Shown: piece by piece, positions 10,084-17,635 of the stretch
How the letters are laid out: each line of letters opens with the position of its first letter
Position numbering within the stretch: position 1 is the first letter of the stretch
Source of the DNA: a virus
DNA length: 64,000 nt
Strand: one strand, 5' to 3'
Virus record (IMG/VR): IMGVR_UViG_3300021364_000001
Coordinates: 96,001 to 160,000 of that record
The notes under the pieces: generated by a model
The model's database searches: none
What the model saw: only the letters and a program-made list of their open reading frames with translations
Told to the model about the DNA's origin: nothing
Position numbers and translations under genes: made by a program

Positions 10084-10145
10084 TGTACTTCTCCTAGTAA
10101 GCGAGATTAGATTGTGTGGACCCCGAAGGCATCCACTGTTATTTA
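10084..10145 (-). promoter_or_regulatory. hsp20 leader: late-promoter TAAATA, C(UUCG)G hairpin and ROSE-like SD-sequestering hairpin
   Basis: TAAATA at 10140-10145; hairpin at 10116-10136; UCUCGCU-UACU-AGGAGA at 10090-10106. Confidence 0.6.
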
Positions 10146-10233
10146 GAGAAAAGGGATCAAAGTTTAATAGTGGAGAACCGTATTAAAACTTTCGGTTTTC
10201 CGCAGTCACATTTCATGCACATGTTCTTTTTCC

Positions 10234-10239
10234 TAAATA
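10234..10239 (+). promoter_or_regulatory. T4-like late promoter core TAAATA for the plus-strand genes
   Basis: CTAAATAG about 25 nt upstream of the ATG at 10265. Confidence 0.6.
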
Positions 10240-10264
10240 GAGATAGGTTCCCAAATAATGCACG

Positions 10265-10768
10265 ATGAAGAAGTTCCTTCCTCTCGTTATGCTACTGATG
10301 ACCGCAAGTGCAGCAAATGCTGGCGGACTTGTTACTAAACATGCTTCTAGCACACAACTGACTGTTGATGCTGCTCGCTCTACTGCTTCCAGAATTGGAC
10401 ACACCTTCACCACTTCTGGCAGTGGCGTAAGCACCACTGATGGCACCACTTCGGGTGTTGTTGGTAACGGTGTGCTGATGACCAGCGATGGTTTTACTGG
10501 TGCTTCCAGTGTCGTCACTGCTTCTCAGGCAACCTCTGGCGATGCATTCTCTTACAGTGCTTCTTATACCCAAGGCGATGCTATCCCTACCTCTGCTGCT
10601 ACCGTAGGTGCTATTCCTAACTTCGGTTCGGTTACTTCTTACGAATCTGGCACTGCTGGATCATTGGCAGGCACAATCACAAGTGGTCATGCTATTACTC
10701 TGACTGCTGGTGGTGCAGGTACATCTGCAACGGGACAATTCGTTAGCGAGATCACCGTTATTGACTGA
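10265..10768 (+). CDS. Secreted S/T/G/A-rich protein
   Basis: Signal peptide MKKFLPLVMLLMTASAANA; phage-like codon usage; the next gene follows a GAGGAGG SD. Confidence 0.85.
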   Translation: MKKFLPLVMLLMTASAANAGGLVTKHASSTQLTVDAARSTASRIGHTFTTSGSGVSTTDGTTSGVVGNGVLMTSDGFTGASSVVTASQATSGDAFSYSASYTQGDAIPTSAATVGAIPNFGSVTSYESGTAGSLAGTITSGHAITLTAGGAGTSATGQFVSEITVID

Positions 10769-10779
10769 GGAGGATCGCA

Positions 10780-11217
10780 ATGAATACTATGATTCGTTGG
10801 TCTGTCCTAAGTGTGGTGGGTGTATCTGCCACACTTGCTCCTGCCCTGGCGGTCCCCGTGGTCCCAAACTTCACACAGGGGTCAATGACCAGCCACACGG
10901 AGACGACACAAAAAATAACTGAGACCATCAATTCGATGGACTACAACACAGGATACCAATACTCTGCAACGGGTAGTGGTATTACTGCAAATGGAAAATT
11001 GAATCCAGGAACGGGTTCTACAAATGTAACTATTGACGGAGTGACATCATCATGGACGGGCGTAACATCAACACCTCAGTTCACACAAACAACACCAGGG
11101 GCAGCGTTTCAGTTCACAGAAACATATTCAGGACCTGGTTTGAGCAATCACACGATTATCCAGAGAACCACCGAGGTTACAAGCGTAACGGACACTACAA
11201 GTATCTTCTCGCAGTAA
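10780..11217 (+). CDS. Secreted Thr-rich protein
   Basis: Strong SD GAGGAGG; signal-peptide-like N-terminus ending APALA-VPVVPNF. Confidence 0.85.
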   Translation: MNTMIRWSVLSVVGVSATLAPALAVPVVPNFTQGSMTSHTETTQKITETINSMDYNTGYQYSATGSGITANGKLNPGTGSTNVTIDGVTSSWTGVTSTPQFTQTTPGAAFQFTETYSGPGLSNHTIIQRTTEVTSVTDTTSIFSQ

Positions 11218-11951
11218 TCCTAAGTGGACTCTTCCCAACTGCATCTATGGCAGAGACTGTCGGTGGAGTATCAGCAACAGCATCCCCAGTCGCAAACAGC
11301 TCTGGCTCAGTGACCAACCAGGCAATCCAGGTTTTACAAGGTCCCTACATCACTAATACTTATGGGGGAGGAATCCAGTGTCAAGGACCCACCCGAAACT
11401 TTACCCCCTATGTAACAGGTAGTGCATCAGCATCTAAACCTTACGAACCGTACTATTGGGATCCTGTGTATGATGTAAGTGACCTAGATGAGGACGGTCT
11501 TATTGATAATCCAGGCGACATTCTCTTCCACAAGAAGACACGTACTGGTCAGAAAGATAATTATAGTCTCGGTGTAGGTTTCTCTATGACATGGAGCACA
11601 CCTACCGACAAGAAATTACAAGAACTGTGCAAGACAGCAGCGAAAGCACAGATTGAATTGAATCAACAACTAACTGCTAACAAGAGGCTTGACTTTGAGA
11701 TCGCGAGACTCAAAAATTGTGGTCAGTTGATAAAGGAGGGAATCAGTTTCCACCCCCAGAGTAAGTATTATGCTATCTGTGCAGACGTGGTAGTGCAGAA
11801 CGTGACTACCGTGAAGGACCACCGCCACTCGATCCCTTCCTCTTCTTCTTCCTCGGGAACACAGAACGCAATGCCTTCACTGCATGATTCATCTGACGCT
11901 GCTGCGCTCGGCGGTCCCCTACACTCTCACGAACATCGGGTTTCCCCCTGA
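11052..11951 (+). CDS. Secreted/membrane-associated protein with Cys residues and a coiled coil (start uncertain)
   Basis: Long ORF; hydrophobic KYLLAVILSGLFPTASMA segment; C-terminal LCKTAAKAQIELNQQ...RLKNCG...ICADVV. Confidence 0.75.
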   Translation: MDGRNINTSVHTNNTRGSVSVHRNIFRTWFEQSHDYPENHRGYKRNGHYKYLLAVILSGLFPTASMAETVGGVSATASPVANSSGSVTNQAIQVLQGPYITNTYGGGIQCQGPTRNFTPYVTGSASASKPYEPYYWDPVYDVSDLDEDGLIDNPGDILFHKKTRTGQKDNYSLGVGFSMTWSTPTDKKLQELCKTAAKAQIELNQQLTANKRLDFEIARLKNCGQLIKEGISFHPQSKYYAICADVVVQNVTTVKDHRHSIPSSSSSSGTQNAMPSLHDSSDAAALGGPLHSHEHRVSP

Positions 11952-12639
11952 GTTTCGCGATCTTCTTCATAACTTTCTTAACCGTTGGTTTGACTGCTTT
12001 CAAAAGTATGTCTGCCAACGGTTTTGCTAATAGTGCCGACGAGGTTGCAATGACAGCAATGCCGCCAACCTGTACGACCTGACCACCACTAGGAAGTCCA
12101 GCAATGATTTGTTGTGGCAGTGCGACTGCTTCTGTGATCTGTACACATTCGTTACCCACTAGTCGATACTCGGTAACTCTCTTACGATACCCCTCCACCA
12201 GTGTGCCAACAGGTTCTTTCAGTTGCTGTGCCTTAGTAGGACACTCTACCTTGGCAGTAGCAGGTGGTGCTGCTTTGGGAATCTCAGGTTGAGGGACCTC
12301 TGGTTTGGGTGGTTCCTTGGTTCTGGTATCCACCGCAGGAGGTCTGGTGATGATCATCTCATTGGGTTTGAATTCCATGGGATTAAAGTTAGGCATCCCT
12401 GCATCACAAAAGGTTATCGTACCCTTAGGATCATCACCGACTAGTTCATCATTTCTAGGATTGTTTTGTTGGTGTGCCTCTACACATCCAGGCATATCAA
12501 TGACAGGCACACCAATGTCCACCGTAACGGGTGCTGCAATACCTACATTGGGATTAGCAACATTACGAGAGAAGTCCCATACAGGAATTTCAATGGGATC
12601 GATACGAACCCCGTTAATCTCAATGTCAGGTATATCCAT
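11806..12639 (-). CDS. Pro-rich protein with a hydrophobic segment and a basic C-terminus
   Basis: EPPKPEVPQPEIPK linker, four Cys, GGIAVIATSSALLA segment, K/R-rich tail. Confidence 0.8.
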   Translation of the reverse strand: MDIPDIEINGVRIDPIEIPVWDFSRNVANPNVGIAAPVTVDIGVPVIDMPGCVEAHQQNNPRNDELVGDDPKGTITFCDAGMPNFNPMEFKPNEMIITRPPAVDTRTKEPPKPEVPQPEIPKAAPPATAKVECPTKAQQLKEPVGTLVEGYRKRVTEYRLVGNECVQITEAVALPQQIIAGLPSGGQVVQVGGIAVIATSSALLAKPLADILLKAVKPTVKKVMKKIAKLRGKPDVRESVGDRRAQQRQMNHAVKALRSVFPRKKKRKGSSGGGPSR

Positions 12640-12640
12640 A

Positions 12641-12907
12641 TCAGAAAGGCATCACGCCACCAGTAGCACTAGGAACTTCGGGAACAACACCACCTGTCGC
12701 ACCAGGCAGTTCAGGAACCTCAGGCATCAGTCCTTCCATCAGTCCAGGCAAAGCACCCACGACTGCTTCGGTTGCTGCTTCGGTTGCTGCTTCCTTGGCA
12801 CGCTCAATCAGAGCGTCCTTTTGAATGTAGACATAGGCACCAGCACCAACGATGCTAGCAGTGCCCAGGAAGGAGAGCAGTGCTAGAACATTAATTAACT
12901 TCTGCAT
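12641..12907 (-). CDS. Small N-terminally anchored membrane protein
   Basis: Start at MQKLINVLALLSFLGTASIVGAGAYVY (12907), then an Ala/Glu helix and a Pro/Gly tail. Confidence 0.75.
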   Translation of the reverse strand: MQKLINVLALLSFLGTASIVGAGAYVYIQKDALIERAKEAATEAATEAVVGALPGLMEGLMPEVPELPGATGGVVPEVPSATGGVMPF

Positions 12908-13172
12908 CTTTCTTCTCCTCTTTTTTAGGTGTTTCTTCTTCTTTCTTTTTAGCCGTAGCAACCCCGAAGGTACTAAGAGTCCCCGTGAAGACGCTGGCTA
13001 TGAAAGTTGGATCAATTTGTTTCTGTTGCAGACCAGGGATAGTTACATAATTAAGTGTAAGAATCGCTGCGGACCACGAAAGAATAACAACTCGCACCAA
13101 TGCTGACAGACCTTCGTCTGCCCAGTCAAACTTATCCTTTTTAGCCTGCTCCTTAATAGGAGTCTCAGCCAT
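12891..13172 (-). CDS. Two-TM small membrane protein (holin-like topology)
   Basis: TM1 LSALVRVVILSWSAAILTLNYV, TM2 FIASVFTGTLSTFGVATA, charged tail; TAAATA at 13195-13200 upstream. Confidence 0.75.
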   Translation of the reverse strand: MAETPIKEQAKKDKFDWADEGLSALVRVVILSWSAAILTLNYVTIPGLQQKQIDPTFIASVFTGTLSTFGVATAKKKEEETPKKEEKKDAEVN

Positions 13173-13193
13173 TAGTAAGATAGTAAGGCACAG

Positions 13194-14657
13194 CTATTTA
13201 TGTAATACATCATTACCGATGGCAAGAAAATCCATGTTTGTCTTGGAAAACAATTCTTTCGCTTCCCAGTGCTTAGAACAGATAGGTTTACCACCCAGGT
13301 TGAGTGACGTGTTCAGTATGACACTGGAACCTGTCAGTTCTTTGTATGCTCTGAGCAGTCTGGCGTACTGTCCATCTCCTGATACAGTCTGAATCCTACA
13401 TGATCCATCAACATGAGTGACTGCTGAAAGACTCTCATCCTTACATTGGAATGATGCATTCATCCAGGGGATAGGTTGTGATACACCCACAAAATGTTCC
13501 CTCACATCCTCATCGAGCACTGATGCACCGAAGGGACGGAAGTGTTCACGATGCTTGACTCTGCTGTTCAGAGTGTCCTTCATGTTTTTGATCCTTGGAT
13601 TGCACAGAATGCTCCTATTGCCCAGTGCTCTGGGACCAAGTTCACCGTGACCCTGATACCATCCAACAATGTTACCTGCTGCGATCTCTTCTGCCATGGT
13701 GACGATAGTGTCATCGCTAACTTCCTCAGTCCCCTCATCATCTTGCCAGAATGGGAACCCAGATGAGTCAAATTCTTCTTCATGGAAGTGCTGACGTAGG
13801 AACTCAACAGCACCCAGTGACAGACCACAGTCATTAGCATGTGGAATGGTAGTCAACTTAGCACCATGCCTGATAGCATTGCCCACAAACACACAATTTT
13901 GTGCCACACCACCACTAAATCCTACCTTTTCAGTAGAATACACATGATCATCTGCACCCATCAATAGGTCAGCAAGTTTCCATGACGTGAGTTCATGTAC
14001 AGTTCTCAACCAGTTGATGTCAAAGTCATTATCCCACTTACGATCCCAAGAATCATAGTTCCAAATATCTTTGATCCTACTGAGAGGATACACACTCATT
14101 TTATTAAAGTATTCCTCGTCACATAGACCATATGCTGCCAGTCCCATGACCTTTCCAGCAAGATCTAGACCATCTGGGGTCACATCTTTGAGTCCCAAGA
14201 CAGCACCGACCTTTGCCATCTCGATACCGATGGATCCGTGCTTGTTGACGTTATACTCTACACCCAGGTCTGTGCCCACGAATAGTGAATGAGACCTCTC
14301 ATTGCTACCATACCCATCAAACACATAGTTTGTGTAAGGGATACCCACTGGCCATTGTGACAGGACATGTGCCCAGTGGTGATCTATTGCAAAGCAACGA
14401 CAGGGTAGACCTAGATCAATCTCTCTGTATAGTTCCCCTTTGTCAAACTCAACCTGATCACTGATGACAGCGATGGCATCTACATCATCGATGCTCAGAT
14501 CCCAATGATTAAGTATATCTTCCCACTGCCAGGTATTATTATACCCATGGTGCTTGATACCATAATACCTCTCCGTAGAGAGGTATTTTACTTTGGTGCC
14601 GTCAGTGTATGTGATGTTGGAATCATGATCTTCAACTCGCAATCCAAGAAATCTCAT
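13194..14657 (-). CDS. Carbamoyltransferase, CmcH/NodU family
   Basis: HDS, DHHWAH, AGKVMGLAAYG, SGGVAQN, GPRALGNRSIL, FRPFGAS, HVDGSCRIQTV, LNTSLN. Confidence 0.93.
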   Translation of the reverse strand: MRFLGLRVEDHDSNITYTDGTKVKYLSTERYYGIKHHGYNNTWQWEDILNHWDLSIDDVDAIAVISDQVEFDKGELYREIDLGLPCRCFAIDHHWAHVLSQWPVGIPYTNYVFDGYGSNERSHSLFVGTDLGVEYNVNKHGSIGIEMAKVGAVLGLKDVTPDGLDLAGKVMGLAAYGLCDEEYFNKMSVYPLSRIKDIWNYDSWDRKWDNDFDINWLRTVHELTSWKLADLLMGADDHVYSTEKVGFSGGVAQNCVFVGNAIRHGAKLTTIPHANDCGLSLGAVEFLRQHFHEEEFDSSGFPFWQDDEGTEEVSDDTIVTMAEEIAAGNIVGWYQGHGELGPRALGNRSILCNPRIKNMKDTLNSRVKHREHFRPFGASVLDEDVREHFVGVSQPIPWMNASFQCKDESLSAVTHVDGSCRIQTVSGDGQYARLLRAYKELTGSSVILNTSLNLGGKPICSKHWEAKELFSKTNMDFLAIGNDVLHK

Positions 14658-14839
14658 ACACAATCACCTTCTGTTTTGAATAGTTTACGACACTTCTTCA
14701 CTTCTTTCAACTCATCTTTAATCATTTGGTAAGCATCCTCGGCAGAGATCTTTCGTGCTACTTCCATAGCAGTAATGATCTCTACTCTGGTGCCGAAGTG
14801 TTTGAGTGCCTCTTCAAAACAGTTCAGTTCTTCGTACAT
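14654..14839 (-). CDS. Hypothetical protein (61 aa)
   Basis: ORF track; tightly packed between regA and the carbamoyltransferase. Confidence 0.75.
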   Translation of the reverse strand: MYEELNCFEEALKHFGTRVEIITAMEVARKISAEDAYQMIKDELKEVKKCRKLFKTEGDCV

Positions 14840-14841
14840 AA

Positions 14842-15261
14842 TTAAGATTCAGTGACGACTTTCTTCTTGCCGATGTTGTACTTGGATTCTAATGTCCATT
14901 CGGACTTATCCTTATATGATAGCACCTTAATCTGGTTGAGTGGTGCAATATCAACAAGACCTTCTGCTTCAAAGTCTACTAGACCCCAGTCAAACAAAAG
15001 TTTTGCGATGCGATTACGACGTTCGATGTCGTTCTTTGTGATGTTGGCGGGCTTGCCGTCCAACGCAAACAGTTCTTTGAAATGGACAATGTAATACTTG
15101 CCCTTCTTATGCAGAATATGACATGACTGATACAGTTTACGATCCTTACGGGATGCAACACCGATTCTAGTCAGAGTTTCACGCACTTTGAGAAAGTCAT
15201 CAGGTTCTTTCAGTGCCACCTCCAACATCATATCCTGAGACCAAGAGATCTCGTCACTCAT
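14842..15261 (-). CDS. regA: RegA translational repressor
   Basis: DDFLKVRETLTRIGVASR...LYQSCHILHKKGKYYIVHFKELFALDG. Confidence 0.97.
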   Translation of the reverse strand: MSDEISWSQDMMLEVALKEPDDFLKVRETLTRIGVASRKDRKLYQSCHILHKKGKYYIVHFKELFALDGKPANITKNDIERRNRIAKLLFDWGLVDFEAEGLVDIAPLNQIKVLSYKDKSEWTLESKYNIGKKKVVTES

Positions 15262-15650
15262 CTTACTCCTCCAATGTTTAATTTAGATTTGATGACTTCT
15301 AACTGATCTTTGTTGAGCAGTTTCAGGGCATCTTTCGCCTTGTCGGTGCTGTATCCGTAGAACTGTTTTACTAGTTCTAGATCATTATCTGTCTGGACTT
15401 TGTTCCAAGGCGCAAAGCGTTTGGATTTCCTAATACTATATAGGTAATAGTTATATTGCATGTCTGGATCGAGTTCGTACATACGATTCATCTCGTTGAC
15501 ATGCATGATGCAGTCGATGTGTCCAGCAAGACACTTGTTCACCACAAAAGAGGGATACTTCTTCATCGCACGTTCGTCTTCGTGGATGTTTCCTTGCTTC
15601 AAGTTGATACCGTTAAGGTAGTCTTTCAGCTGGTACTCATACTCCTTCAT
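15258..15650 (-). CDS. gp62: Clamp loader small subunit, gp62-like
   Basis: YPSFVVNKCL...IRKSKRFAPW...KQFYGYSTDKA. Confidence 0.93.
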   Translation of the reverse strand: MKEYEYQLKDYLNGINLKQGNIHEDERAMKKYPSFVVNKCLAGHIDCIMHVNEMNRMYELDPDMQYNYYLYSIRKSKRFAPWNKVQTDNDLELVKQFYGYSTDKAKDALKLLNKDQLEVIKSKLNIGGVR

Positions 15651-16497
15651 AAAACAGTGCTTCGAGTGGGTTAGGGGGTGCTACGTCGTAGTTAGATACC
15701 AAGAGTTCAGACTTCTTGTTGTTCTCTCGGTGCTTCATGCCATATGTGATGTCGAAGTATCTCTGATGATACCCTTCAAACATCTGTTCAATCTCTTCGT
15801 CTACATTGTAAGTGACCATCCACTTGTGAGGACACACCTTACATGCTTCTCCGAACTGCTCATGGTTAAAGTTCTTGTGCATCTCTGCATTAGTGCCATA
15901 AAGATAAGAACCAATCTTGTACGGTGGATCCAGGAAGCAGAACACACCATCATTGTCACCACCAGGTTCAATATCCAAGAGAGGATCTGAGTAATCAACA
16001 TTGGTAATCTCCCAATGCTGAATGATGTCCTGATACTTCCTCAGGTTCTGAGCACCACGCAGGGTAAAGTTCTGTTTGGAAGCAGACTCAGAGAAGGAGG
16101 AGTTCTCTGTCAACCCAGAGTAAGAACACTTATTAAGAACCCAAAATAACACAGCTTGACGAAAAGGATCGGCTTCGGAAATCTCTTCTTTACTTCGTAT
16201 GAACAACTCCTTAGCAAGGGGAGCGGTTGCATGGTCTTGCTTGATGCCATAGCAGACATCAGACAGTTCGTCACCTGCTTCTTGTAGGTGGACCCAGAAA
16301 TTATAGAGGTAATAGTATTTGTCATTGACCCAAACAGGAACATCAGGATGTAGTTGCGAGAAGTAGAGTGCCATGGAACCTCCACCTAGGAAGGGTTCTC
16401 GATACTCTTTGATTCCTGTTGGGAACCACTTATACAATGCTGCTGCTGCTCGCGACTTACCACCTGGGTAGCGGAGCGGGGTCTTCAATGGTTTCAT
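15637..16497 (-). CDS. dam: DNA adenine methyltransferase (Dam/D12 class)
   Basis: LRYPGGKSR, EPFLGGGS (motif I), FLDPPY (motif IV). Specificity not determined. Confidence 0.92.
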   Translation of the reverse strand: MKPLKTPLRYPGGKSRAAAALYKWFPTGIKEYREPFLGGGSMALYFSQLHPDVPVWVNDKYYYLYNFWVHLQEAGDELSDVCYGIKQDHATAPLAKELFIRSKEEISEADPFRQAVLFWVLNKCSYSGLTENSSFSESASKQNFTLRGAQNLRKYQDIIQHWEITNVDYSDPLLDIEPGGDNDGVFCFLDPPYKIGSYLYGTNAEMHKNFNHEQFGEACKVCPHKWMVTYNVDEEIEQMFEGYHQRYFDITYGMKHRENNKKSELLVSNYDVAPPNPLEALFYEGV

Positions 16498-17012
16498 ACT
16501 GTTGACTCGATCAGATCATAAAGTTTAGTAGCGAAGTCTCCCTTCTCTACTGGAATAACATTCTCAGCAAGGAATGTTATATCATCAAAATGGACTCGGA
16601 AAGAAACAGAATCATCTTTCAGAGTGGTATGCTTCATGCAAGCATCCCAGGTGCAGATACCAACAGTATACTGCTTGGTATCCCACAATAGCATGTAGTC
16701 AAAAGTCTTCTCAGGTAAACCAGAATTTCTACCTTTGAAGTTTTTCAAAGTAATCTCTTTGGTCCAAGGAATTCTCTTACAGAAAAGACCATCCTGACCC
16801 TTGGATTCATAGTAAAGATCATCTACGAGTCCATAGAAGTCTCTACCGTTCTCTTTGTCCCCAACATATTCAAGTTGACCACCACTGTATTTGGCAATAG
16901 CAATTTCCTGAACTTCGGCACGAAGAGGTCTGGTTTGCTGCCTCTTCAATCCATCAGTAGACTTGACAACTCCAAAGATAGAACGAAAATCAAAACGCTT
17001 AGGGTCAATCAT
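16494..17012 (-). CDS. Putative PD-(D/E)XK endonuclease
   Basis: E36...GRD58F...YYE69SK71 pattern; its stop overlaps the MTase start (ATGA). Confidence 0.6.
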   Translation of the reverse strand: MIDPKRFDFRSIFGVVKSTDGLKRQQTRPLRAEVQEIAIAKYSGGQLEYVGDKENGRDFYGLVDDLYYESKGQDGLFCKRIPWTKEITLKNFKGRNSGLPEKTFDYMLLWDTKQYTVGICTWDACMKHTTLKDDSVSFRVHFDDITFLAENVIPVEKGDFATKLYDLIESTV

Positions 17013-17635
17013 AATACATTAATGTTTGCCATGGGTACACCCTGTGGTCCAGCGTTGACTGCACCATGAGGAAGAGAGTTGAACGACATGGTATAGCGTG
17101 ACTCTTCACTGACATGAGGATTGCTGTAATGCCTCAACCATCCAGGGAAGATAAGAAGTTTACCAGGTTCTGCCTTAAAGGTCTCAGTGGGTCCATCGAA
17201 GTGATCCCTAATGATCTCCAAGGTATCAAGATTACGGATGTCAACAGGGTCTTGAAAGACTGTCTCACTTCCTTCTGTGAAATAGAATACCCCAGAGAGA
17301 TAAGAATAATTATGACGATGAAGAGGATGACAAGCACCTGAGTTAGGTGGTGCCCAGTTTGCCCAAGAAAGTGCAATACGAAGTTCTTGGGCTTGAAGAC
17401 AAAGGTCGCAACGAATGTAGTCCAGACAGTCATGGAAAAATCCAATCAGCGGGAGCATAGGTTCCTCTTTATGTATGTCCCCACGACTGGTTCTGACACC
17501 CGCAGGGAAGTTATACATGGCCATCTCTAAGGTCTTGATGTATTCCAATGCCTGATCTGCCATCCACATGTCATCATCACCCAGGTTGAACTGGTAAACA
17601 GTAGTAGGGAATAGATCGTGCTTGGTAATGCTCAT
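17009..17635 (-). CDS. 2OG-Fe(II) oxygenase superfamily protein (TIGR02466-like)
   Basis: LFPTTVY start; HRHNYSYLSGVFY; LLIFPGWLRHY; RYTMSFN. Confidence 0.85.
   Translation of the reverse strand: MSITKHDLFPTTVYQFNLGDDDMWMADQALEYIKTLEMAMYNFPAGVRTSRGDIHKEEPMLPLIGFFHDCLDYIRCDLCLQAQELRIALSWANWAPPNSGACHPLHRHNYSYLSGVFYFTEGSETVFQDPVDIRNLDTLEIIRDHFDGPTETFKAEPGKLLIFPGWLRHYSNPHVSEESRYTMSFNSLPHGAVNAGPQGVPMANINVL

Noticed and set aside
10213-10518. Minus-strand 101-aa ORF opposite the first secreted protein
   Set aside because: Shadow of the plus-strand gene, which has the signal peptide, late promoter and operon context.
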